From assembly GCA_964187785.1 (NCBI GenBank), contig OZ076409.1, positions 36,148,001 to 36,212,000 on the forward strand: 64,000 nucleotides of DNA, read 5' to 3'. The notes beneath the pieces are model-generated. The model saw only the letters and a list, made by a program, of their open reading frames with translations. It was not told the DNA's origin and searched no databases. A program made the translations under genes and the position numbers. This document shows, in pieces, positions 48,606-60,600 of this stretch; the first letter of the stretch is position 1, and the number at the start of each line of letters is the position of its first letter. The DNA comes from Amphiscolops sp. MND2022 (lineage: Eukaryota).

Positions 48606-51600
48606 CTGAAACATTGTAATTGATGATTTATGAGATAAAAATTTGACTACAAACGGTTTTTCTTCCACCCCCACATGTTGAAAAACTGAACTTTTACGTG
48701 AAAAAATTCTACTGAAATTACTTTCAAACAATTCCTAAAACATTATATTTTACTCTATTTTACGCTTTTAAAACTTTTCCACAATTTTTTGCTTGGCAGT
48801 GGGGGTACACGATAACCTAAAACTATGAACAAAATGACAGGCTTTAAAAATACACGTACATTTTTATGCGATGACTCGCTGAAGAAATCAGTTCGATTAG
48901 GGGTCCCCTAAGTGTAGTATAATAGAGATCAGAGCCAGACTATTTAGCTAACCGACTGGGGTCCCTGTGTACATTTGATTCCACCGCTTGTTTCTTCATG
49001 GACAAAAATTTGGATCTCTCGCTCAGGGCAAACTCTTCCATTCTCTTCATGTCCCTCTTTTCTTCTGCTAATGCCAGTGTCTTCTTTGTTGACTGAATTC
49101 GCTTTTCCTGAAACAAGCTGTCCGTAATTTTTTTTTGAAAAATGTTGAAAGTGAATTGAATTTTGCGAAAGATTTGTGGCCTGATTAGAAACGGGGGTTG
49201 CATTGAAACGGGGGAGTTTTGAGTCATTGAATTTAAACATGTTTAAGCGTGCGAAGCAGATATTAGCCAGCAGAGTTTCATAGGCGCATTTTTCAGTCCC
49301 GTATTTGTCATCATTTCAAGATTTTTCATCTTTGAACCCTACTTTCTCCTGACCTACGATAGATACGTGTTTGCTTCTTGGAGAAACCGACAAAACTCTT
49401 TTTACATTGAGTTTTTTTTTGTGAAAAAGTTCAGGCTTTGTTTTTTTGACGATGAACTTATGGAAAAAAATATTCTTTTCGAGTTTGAAGTGCATTATCT
49501 CGGAATTGAAGATAAATACAGTTGAATCCGCCTACTTCGTATCGCTATGGACCGAATAAAATATACGAAAAATGAGAAATACAAATTAACCGATGATATT
49601 ACTCTGACTGTATTTCGGAAAAAGGTTCCAATTCTGATAGAACTATTGTAGACATCTTTTTTTTGCAAATTTATAATAAGTTGAGATTTTTGCTTCGCGG
49701 ATTTTCGAATCAAAATCACTTTTCAATGTCCAATTTTGCTAGCGTAACAATTTCTTGTTGAAGACAGTTGAAGTAACCATGTACACACAATCAAAACACC
49801 AAATTAGTGGGCTACATTCGAGTTGAAGAAAAGTTTCAAAATTTCCAGCTTCGTGTTTTTTTTGACGGGGAGACGAGAAAAATTTTTGGGCAAAAACTCC
49901 TCGAGGGGATTTTTAAATTTATGTGTGTCACACGAATTGATATCTTTTAAACCCAGTTGTAATATTTTCGAGCTGTTTTATATGACTGGAATAATTTTGG
50001 ACTAAATTGAAACAACCGTCAGAGTATATTGCAATATTAGCGGTTGAAATCAGAGAAATGGGAGGAACCTAATGAAAAGCGCTCGAAAGGAACTGACCCT
50101 GAGTTGTGCTTTGCGTTGATGATCGCGCTCAAGTTGATCGGCTAAATTGCGCATCCTCGCAATCTCATCTTCCCTCTCCTTCTGTCGCTTCATCTCGTCT
50201 ATTTTCTCTTTAATTTCCTTCTGCCGCAGTAGGTAAGCTCTCTCTTTCTCCTGGTCCAAAACAAAACCTCCATCAGACATGCACTAAAGAAACTGATAAG
50301 GTTGCTTGTTGAATAAATATTCCACAGTTATAAACATAATGCCCAATGCCTCGTCAGTCGATTATACGCATCGCTTTTGTGTGGGCGTTGTTCGAGCTTT
50401 GTCTGCGGCATGACTTCTCATCCCAATAAACAAACGCTACGATCACTCAAAGATTTCGATTTTCATGAGTCAAGTGAATGGGAGCTTTTCCTAATCCATG
50501 GATACATTATCCACGTGCAGTTTGTTCCACTCATATAGCCCTTTAGGAAACGCAAACCATTTTTCGACCAGTCAGGCCTTTATAAACGCTGATTCAACCA
50601 AGATCTTGATGCTCCACAGCTTCGTACACAATATTTTGTTTTCAGCCGTTTTTAAAAGTGTTGTGTTTGCGCCTGTACGTGGGTAGCTCTGCCAGTGTCG
50701 AAAACCACGTTTTTTGTTAACGAAGTCTAAAGCAATGTTGAGATGTGTGGTTGAATCACTCCATGAAGTCGGGGCAAGATTCCACTTAAACGTGAAACTC
50801 AGGGCGAGATTATTGCATGATCTCTATCAAGCTTTTGACATCCCGCAAGATCCTGTTAAGATGTTGCTAAGAATTCCATGGTGTCAAGTGCTGGCATAAT
50901 CTATGAAAAACTGTATTCGGGAACATTTTCATTTTATGATGAATGCTGTGGCGGTGCGAATTCTTAGGCGGGAATAACGAAATAAGTGAAAGCGATACAT
51001 GAAAAATTCAGAAATTACAGTCGCCTTTTTTGTTAACATCAAAGCACAACTTCAACTTCATTCTCTGACGGAGGTCTTTGGAGTGAAATTGTCACAAAAC
51101 TAATGTGAATTCAGACCAAGTGATCAAAGCAACTCACTTTTTGTTCCTTTTCCCGTAGAATCTGCTCCTCTTTCAATCTCCGTTCCTCCTCCATTTTACG
51201 TATTCTCCACAACTTGATCATCTCCCGCTTCTCTTCCATCCTCAAAAGGTCCTCTTCGTCCAGTTCTACACCAGTCGGCGTCTCTTCAGTCAGTTCAGAA
51301 TCCTCTGAAATGGCACCGAGTTAGAACACGTTCCAAAATGTTATCCTTAAATGGCGGACTCTAATGAACACTTGACACAGCTTCGATGAAATACACGAAA
51401 AAACGCTTTTTAATAACTATAGGGGTTGTTTTTCAATCGGATTAAAAATTTTTAATCATTTTAATTCGATCAAAATACTGATTATTTTTTCATTATAAAT
51501 TCAAAAGTTAGATCAGAAACCAGTTTTTGAGGGTTTTCAAATCCAAATTGACCTTTAGTCTTCGAATGAACAAAGTCTACAGTAATGAGAACGTATTCCG

Positions 51601-54600
51601 ATTGTACAGTGCTCAAAACGAAAGTCAGAAACTGAGTATTCGTAGATCAAATAACTCATCCATGTTAAAAGACCGACCTATTTTGACTGATTTTAATCAA
51701 TTATGATTAAAATAGTTTTATTCAAGTTGATTATAATCAGCCAACCCTGACAATTTTTGTGGAAAACCATTTCATCCTACAGTTGAAATAGAACGTAATT
51801 TTCTATATCGCACTGAATATTGAAAAATCCTTCCAGTCATTTGCAAACTCTGAAAACATTTAGCAATTTTTTGGATAGAAAGCCCACGCACTATTCAGTT
51901 ATTCGAAAGAACTGAACCCTGGTACTCAATTTGATATACTTCACTTCCTGATAGAAAACCAAGGCCTAAACATAATATCAGTAGTTGTGAAAATCTAAAA
52001 AAAAAAACAAAAAAACACTGAATTCCTTTCCATGGTTTCATAAATAAAAACATTCAAAACTTTAGGAAAGGCAGTGTACATATTTAAATAAAAAGTAAGT
52101 ATAAAACATTACACAAGACCAAGAATCACTATTCAAACTTATAGGAGCTCCAACATTTCATATCAAGTTCTGATCTAAATGCCTCATACTGGAAGCTTAT
52201 AAGAAAATGTTGTTTAATTTTTTGCTTAGCAGTAACATAAGCATATTTTTTTGTTTTAATAGATTCAGGTAGGGTGTTCCACAGTGCTATTGCTCTTTTC
52301 AAAAAGCATTTGCCTATAAAATCAGTTCGTTGTATTGGGTTAAAATATTCGCTTTCCGTTCTGTTTTGTTTTCTAAGAACTGCAGTGGATGGTTTCATTT
52401 CCCCCAAGAAAGCAGGTATTAGATTGTTTTTAAATTTCCAGAATATATCGATGCTTTAATGTTGAGAAAATACCGAATTGGAATGATGTCATACATTAGT
52501 TAAAGGTCAGAGGAACTATCATATTTATTTCTATGAAAACAAGCTTTGATACCCCAATTGAGTTGTTTTTCAAGCGTTGTTAACAGATTTTCAGTAATAC
52601 CATTCAGAAGAACTGCCGAATAATGCAGATGGCTCATTATCAAAGCATTGAAGAGCAAAAGTCGAGCATTAATTGGTAGGAAATCGCGCAGTGCGTAAAG
52701 TGTCTTGATCCCACAAGCGATTTTTCGAAGAATATTTTTAACTTCATTTTGATAAGTGAGATTACGGTCCAGGTAGACTCCCAAGTATTTGACATTTGCT
52801 GAAGTTTGTATTATTTCATTTTTCACACGTAAGGTATAATTTTGGGTCGCATTGTTTTTCCAAGGTTTGCAGAAAATAATGAATTCTGTTTTGTTAGCAT
52901 TAACAGTCAAACGATGACTCTGGAAAAAGTGAATCAAATTGTCTATTTCATTTTCTAAAAGAGATATGGCTTCTTCAATATCTCCATGAGAGGTATAGAT
53001 CATAGTGTCGTCTGCATATTGAACCAGTTCCGATGTTTCACCGATCATTTGCTGCATGTCATTAACATATATATTGAATAGAAGGGGCCCTAAAACAACT
53101 CCCTGCGGAACACCCTGGTATAAGTGAATCCATTCCGAGCAGCCAGAAGGTAGTGTCACTTTTTGCTGTCTATTTGTTAAGAAACTTTCCATCATACTCA
53201 TAGCATTGTCATCAAATTTTACCATCGTAAGTTCTTGTAGAATTTCGTGAGATATGGAGTCGAAAGCTTTGGAAAGATCAATAAAAGCCGCCGCTGTGTT
53301 TTCATTATTGTCTAACTTTTTTCTAATGTTTTCAGTTGCATAGAGTAACGCATCAGTGGTAGAATAATTACTTCGAAACCCGAATTGTCGTTGTGTTAGC
53401 AATTTGTTTGACTCAAGATATTTTGACATTTGTTCTCTCAGGACCTTCTCAAATATTTTTGCAAGTGCAGCTGTAATAGATATGGGTCGGTAATTATTTG
53501 GATCTTCACAATCACCTTTCTTGTATATTGGAATTACATACGCCTGCTTGAGGTGATTTGGAAATCTACCTTCCTGAATAAAAGTGTTTACGAGATCACA
53601 GAAGGGTTCAGCTAAGATATTCAAACAATCTTTCAGCGCCCACGCAGGCACCTCGGATGGTTCTAATGGTTTTCTTGCGTTAAGATTTTTCACATGTTTT
53701 TTACTTTCAGAAACACTAATGGGGTGAAAAGTGAACGTTTTTCCGTTATTCGCAATTGTTTCGCAGGGCTGGTTTTTATATAATTTTGTTTGTCCAAAAT
53801 AGTCGCCCAGCTTGGAGAAGCGATAATTGAGGAGATCAGCTATTCTTTTTTGATCAGTAATAGTATCACTGAAGCTATTTTTCAGGCTAGGAATTTCCGT
53901 TTTGGTTCTTTTGGCGTTCCTGGCTTCATTGATGAAGTTCCATTTATCTCTTTCTGTATCTAAACTGTTGAAAGTTAGAACTTTGTTATGCAAAAAGTCT
54001 CTCCCCATGTTTTCTTCTAGATTATTCTGTAGCTTTTGGTAGTCAATGTTATAGGGGTTTGCAGTTGTATTGATTTTTCGGTAGGCCGGTTTGGTTTTTG
54101 CTGTGACCCATTTCTCAAAATAGGCCCCTCCGGGGCTCAGTACTATTTCTGCTTTAATTTTTTTTTTGAAACAAAAAAATTCATAAATAAAAGAATCATA
54201 TCTGGAATACCAATACACTCTTGTTTAATCATTATTTAGCGCACAATTACATGTAATCACTGTACAAGTTTACACCGCCTTTAATTCTTCTCGGACTAAA
54301 GAAAATATAACTACTAAGCGTAGACGAAGTTTCGCATTCGCATTTGAATGCAGGCGAAGCTCTCAACGAACGAATAATTAACACTCATTCGCTTCATCTC
54401 AATAACTCGGGGCAACGAAAGCACAATTACGAATATTCGCTCGCTTCATCTCAATGACGTCAGCATACGAATGGATAATAACCACTCGCTCGTTCCATCG
54501 CACTAGAATTGAATTGTTGTCGGCAGCTTGAGAAAATTGTTTCCCACGCTTACAGTCACTGCCGAACAAAATATCTGAATTATTCAGTATCACGACAAAA

Positions 54601-57600
54601 ATTGTTCTGAAAAAAAGTAGGAAGTTTGAGGTTACAATAATATTCCTGCTAAAGCAGAAATATTAATAAATAGTTAGGTTGCTTTTGTCATTTCTGATAA
54701 AAACTTTCTTTTTGGGAACGCATTTACGGATTGCATTCTCAATTGTCAATGTGAAACAAGTGTACATTCCTTCAGCGCAATTTTGATTATAAAAATTGGT
54801 CCAGTCACTATTTCTGATTATCTCTCTGAGTTTCTCGGCTTTGTAATTAGATTTGTCATATTTCTTTGATGATGACTTTTGGAGGTTGATGCAAGGTTAC
54901 ATTGCTAATTACTGAAGTTTGCATGCTAATTACTGAAGTTTGTGGTAATTACTGAAGTTTGTATAATTACTGAAGTTTGAACTAATTACTGAAGTTTGTA
55001 ATTCTGTCGAAAAAGCTTCAAAGGAAAGACCATTTGGGCTGAACTAAATTAGATTTTTTCTTACTAAATTTGCAAAGAAAATATGGGAAGTAGCAATCAA
55101 ATCCGAATATCGAAACAAACATCGCCACATATTTCAACAAAGCTGCCCATTTTTTTTCATAAGTGTTTTTGCGAATTATTATTAGATTCGTGTTACACAC
55201 TTCCAACGAGAAAGTATACAATGACAACAAAATAAAGTTAGGATAATCCGAGAGTCAACAAATGCAGTTCAAACGCCTGGGAAGGCTGAAAAATTCAAGC
55301 CTACAGTTCAACGAAAACAAGCCGGAAAAGTTGACGCCGCCACCTAGAGTAGCCTGTTTAGAATCGAATTATTCAGAATCGAGAAGCGAAGCTGAATTAT
55401 AAAGGATCGAATTATTCAGAGTCGAATTTTGATAAATCGAAAGCGAATCTATTATTCTAGAGTAGAATATATATCTAGTTATTAAACGTCTTGTACATAC
55501 GGTTGAGAAAATAGCTATTCGATTCTAAACAATTTTGAATTATTTTTAATCCTAGATAATCCGATCCCAGAAAGCAACCCCGCCACCTATACAGCTTTGT
55601 AATCCGAATGAAAACGTCAAAACATGAAAGATGGACCCTTTGAATACTTCAGATCATCGGCTCATTGTACAATTTTTATAGTAGGAGCTCTGAGATAAAA
55701 AGCGACTATTGTAGAGACTTTTCGTCAAGTTTATTCATCATGCCGGATGCCAAAAGATCCAAAATTCTACAATTTGGCAAATTAGTCGAAAGGGTCTTTC
55801 CGTTCCTATTTTCACATACTTTTTTGAATTGAATAATTTTCGAAACCTAATAGGTTATTTTCGGAATTGCGAAATAATATTTTCCAAAAGAGCCCTCTGC
55901 TTTTGACATTTTTACACACAAAAAGCGTTTTAAGCACAACGGGCCCCTCCTTTGGGGTTTTTCGGCACTATGCAATTTTTGGAAACTTTCAATTTACAAA
56001 AGGGTTCTCACAAAAGCAAAAAAGCCCTTTTGAGCCTAAAGGGGTTGAAAATCATTTAATTTTTGAGGTACAGTGAAATAGAGAATTCACTCATTGACGT
56101 TTTTTTTAGCTGAGCGGGGCGCCGACTTGAAACATAACATAGGTATTTTACCTTGCAAATGGAAAGAAAAATTACCATTCACGAAGGTGCTGCGATAGAA
56201 AACAGCTCAAAAACCACTTTCAGTACATTTAGAGTGTCAGAACAGGGAAACAGCATTTTACCCTGGGGCATTTTCCACGCTGTTTACCAAAAATCAATAT
56301 CACCAAAGGTTTTTATATAATTTTGTTTGTCCAAAACAGTCGCCCAGCTTGGAGAAGCGAAATTTGAGGAGATCAGCTATTCTTTTTTGATCAGTAATAG
56401 TATCACTGAAGCTATTTTTCAGGCTAGGAATTTCCGTTTTGGTTCTTTTGGCGTTCCTGGCTTCATTGATGAAGTTCCATTTATCTCTTTCTGTATCTAA
56501 ACTGTTGAAAGTTAGAACTTTGTTATGCAAAAAGTCTCTACCCATGTTTTCTACTAGATTATTCTGTAGCTTTTGGTAGTCAATGTTATAGGGGTTTGCA
56601 GTTGTATTGATTTTTCGGTAGGCCGGTTTGGTTTTTGCTGTGACCCATTTCTCAAAATAGGCCCCTCCGGGGCTCAGTACTATTTCTGCTTTAATCTTTT
56701 TTTTTTTGAAACAAAAAAATTCATAAATAAAAGAATCATATCTGGAATACCAATACACTCTTGTTTAATCATTATTTAGCGCACAATTACATGTAATCAC
56801 TGTACAAGTTTACACCGCCTTTAATTCTTCTCGGACTAAAGAAAATATAACTACTAAGCGTAGACGAAGTTTCGCATTCGCATTTGAATGCAGGCGAAGC
56901 TCTCAACGAACGAATAATTAACACTCATTCGCTTCATCTCAATAACTCGGGGCAACGAAAGCACAATTACGAATATTCGCTCGCTTCATCTCAATGACGT
57001 CAGCATACGAATGGATAATAACCACTCGCTCGTTCCATCGCACTAGAATTGAATTGTTGTCGGCAGCTTGAGAAAATTGTTTCCCACGCTTACAGTCACT
57101 GCCGAACAAAATATCTGAATTATTCAGTATCACGACAAAAATTGTTCTGAAAAAAAGTAGGAAGTTTGAGGTTACAATAATATTCCTGCTAAAGCAGAAA
57201 TATTAATAAATAGTTAGGTTGCTTTTGTCATTTCTGATAAAAACTTTTTTTTTGGGAACGCATTTACGGATTGCATTCTCAATTGTCAATGTGAAACAAG
57301 TGTACATTCCTTCAGCGCAATTTTGATTATAAAAATTGGTCCAGTCACTATTTCTGATTATCTCTCTGAGTTTCTCGGCTTTGTAATTAGATTTGTCATA
57401 TTTCTTTGATGATGACTTTTGGAGGTTGACGCAAGGTTACATTGCTAATTACTGAAGTTTGCATGCTAATTACTGAAGTTTGTGGTAATTACTGAAGTTT
57501 GTATAATTACTGAAGTTTGTGCTAATTACTGAAGTTTGAACTAATTACTGAAGTTTGTAATTCTGTCGAAAAAGCTTCAAAGGAAATACCATTTGGGCTG

Positions 57601-60600
57601 AACTAAATTAGATTTTTTCTTACTAAATTTGCAAAGAAAATATGGGAAGTAGCAATCAAATCCGAATATCGAAACAAACATCGCCACATATTTCAACAAA
57701 GCTGCCCAATTTTTTTCATGTGTTTTTGCGAATTATTATTAGATTCGTGTTACACACTTCCAACGAGAAAGTATACAATGACAACAAAATAAAGTTAGGA
57801 TAATCCGAGAGTCAACAAATGCAGTTCAAACGCCTGGGAAGGCTGAAAAATTCAAGCCTACAGTTCAACGAAAACAAGCCGGAAAAGTTGACGCCGCCAC
57901 CTAGAGTAGCCTGTTTAGAATCGAATTATCCAGAATCGAGAAGCGAAGCTGAATTATAAAGGATCGAATTATTCAGAGTCGAATTTTGATAAATCGAAAG
58001 CGAATCTATTATTCTAGAGTAGAATATATATCTAGTTATTAAACGTCTTGTACATACGGTTGAGAAAATAGCTATTCGATTCTAAACAATTTTGAATTAT
58101 TTTTAATCCTAGATAATTCGATCCCAGAAAGCAACCCCGCCACCTATACAGCTTTGTAATCCGAATGAAAACGTCAAAACATGAAAGATGGACCCTTTGA
58201 ATACTTCAGATCATCGGCTCATTGTACAATTTTTATAGTAGGAGCTCTGAGATAAAAAGCGACTATTGTAGAGACTTTTCGTCAAGTTTATTCATCATGC
58301 CGGATGCCAAAAGATCCAAAATTCTACAATTTGGCAAATTAGTCGAAAGGGTCTTTCCGTTCCTATTTTCACATACTTTTTTGAATTGAATAATTTTCGA
58401 AACCTAATAGGTTATTTTCGGAATTGCGAAATAATATTTTCCAAAAGAGCCCTCTGCTTTTGACATTTTTACACACAAAAAGCGTTTTAAGCACAACGGG
58501 CCCCTCCTTTGGGGTTTTTCGGCACTATGCAATTTTTGGAAACTTTCAATTTACAAAAGGGTTCTCACAAAAGCCCTTTTGAGCCCAAAGGGGTTGAAAA
58601 TCATTTAATTTTTGAGGTACAGTGAAATAGAGAATTCACTCATTGACGTTTTTTTTAGCTGAGCGGGGCGCCGACTTGAAACATAACATAGGTATTTTAC
58701 CTTGCAAATGGAAAGAAAAATTACCATTCACGAAGGTGCTGCGATAGAAAACAGCTCAAAAACCACTTTCAGTACATTTAGAGTGTCAGAACAGGGAAAC
58801 AGCATTTTACCCTGGGGCATTTTCCACGCTGTTTACCAAAAATCAATATCACCAAAGGTGGTTTGAAAACTGAAGCCAGTTTTATATGTGCGGAAAAACC
58901 ATATACGGGCAATGAAAAACCATATATGGGTGTTAGCCGATGTGGAGAACTTGCAAGAATATAACTAGCCTCAAATTCTGCCACACTTTCTACATTCCTA
59001 GCAAATTTAGGTCATCACAGAAAGAATTCAAAGGATCTCAAGTTTCAGTTTTTACATTTATACAAGAATTGAATAGTCAGGTTAGACCACATGGGACCCA
59101 TTTTTCCGCACAGTACCTTTTTTCGAAAAAGTTTTTCTGAGCTTTCTAGAAAAACAATCATTGAGCACATTTGAAAGACTTTGATCTCATTGCTGGCTTG
59201 TTTCTAGCACGATAAAGTTTCCAATTTATGAGATTTCGCATGATATAACTCGTGGGCTCACTGGAGTATGGTACCGTCAGGTTCTCAGTTTGTGAGAGTT
59301 TGTCACCTAGAAGATGACCCGAACTTAAACTTTTCAGGCAGTTGTTGAATGCTATTTCAACCTAGATTTGTAAGGAAATACTGCTGTTTCAATTTATTGT
59401 ATCCCTGTATCACAATTTTGATCGCCAAACATTTTCCTTGAAAGATTTTGGTGGAAAACCGACTAGCAAAGATTTGAAAAAACTTATTGGTATTGACCAA
59501 CATTTTTTTCTTTACAAATATTATGGGAATGTTATCTACGTATCAGGTAACCTACTTTTAACAGCGGGACAATGAACTATGATCAAAAACTAGCGTTGGG
59601 CTAACCTTCAGTCAGGTTTGCCTTCATTATTCGTTCTGACTGTTTCTGCTTCCTCCAGTTGGCTATTGCAACTTTTTTGTTGTCCTGGAGTTGGAGGTAT
59701 ATTTTGTAGAATTGCACATGGTTCGAAATATCTTCCACACTCCGGTAAGGCAACTCCAGACTCATTCTCTCAATGAGACGACGCTTCGAGACATCCTCAT
59801 TGGCCGAACTGTTGATGAACAACAACTTGTAGTATTTCACAAATGTCACGTGATCGTATTCATCCCAGCCACCTCTTTCACCTCCTGAAAAAGAAAAAAG
59901 TAAATAGAAAACTTTCCGGCGATAGACTACCCACGATTATTGATTTCCATGACATGCCAATCTAGAAAAGATTTCGAAAGTGTGAGCTCCGTTCCGTTTC
60001 TTAAAGATAAATTATTGAATCGATAAAAACAGGTGGTAAGAAACAATAGAACATAGTCACTTAGGTCTTGGAGCGAAAGAGAACATTGAAGTAGAAACAA
60101 CAAGTGGTCACTGAATAATTCGGGGAACATCTTGATTCAGCGTAATTTAAGTCATTCATATGGCTTCCAAATACTTCTGCTTTTTTTGTGCTTTTTATGC
60201 AACTAATGAATCCCAAAATGGAAAAAAAATTGGTCCAATTCACTTGGGCATTTTTGGTTTTCAATGGTTGATATTCAGGGTTGGCCAATATAAAACATGG
60301 GTTTTTTTTTAAAAAAAAACAGTTTTAAAGCACTGTTTATTTTGAATAAAATACAGTCCGATCAAAGGTTTTTTTATTTCATGTACATGTTATCGATGTA
60401 GACCGACAAGTAGGCGTCAAAATGAGCAATTTTGTGAATTGTAAAGTGAAAATGAAAGTCTATCCTGAAGAATTGCTGAAATTGGCACTCGAAATGGTAT
60501 GCCTAGTCAATCCACTCTGATCTTAGCAACAGGTTTGGAGTTCATAAAGTTGAAAAACTTAGTTTTGTGATTCGACATTTGAATGATTTTGAATAAATTC

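Larger units (their letters stand above)
52000..54885 (-). mobile_element. 5'-truncated CR1-group non-LTR retrotransposon, interrupted by HINE family D
   Basis: RT motifs NYRPIS, QFGFR, DLSKAFD, GVPQG, YADD, YLGV; ORF2-like sequence resumes at 54667-54885; 3' boundary uncertain. Confidence 0.9.
53771..58859. repeat. Tandem duplication of ~2.54 kb (53771-56307 and 56308-58856)
   Basis: Near-identical copies; GGT microhomology at 53771, 56308 and 58857. Confidence 0.95.

Noticed and set aside
48768..48816. Alternative last exon of CCDC112 (RLSCTPTAKQKIVEKF*)
   Set aside because: Acceptor and phase fit, but the conserved C-terminus is in 48470-48605; no other support.
51420..51749. hAT-like MITE
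   Set aside because: Ends only loosely inverted (TAGGGGTTG / CAACCCTG) and no TSD found.
54117..54218. N-terminus MYWYSRY.. of the 572-aa RT ORF (and of 56300-56758)
   Set aside because: Comes from the HINE-D insertion, not from the LINE.
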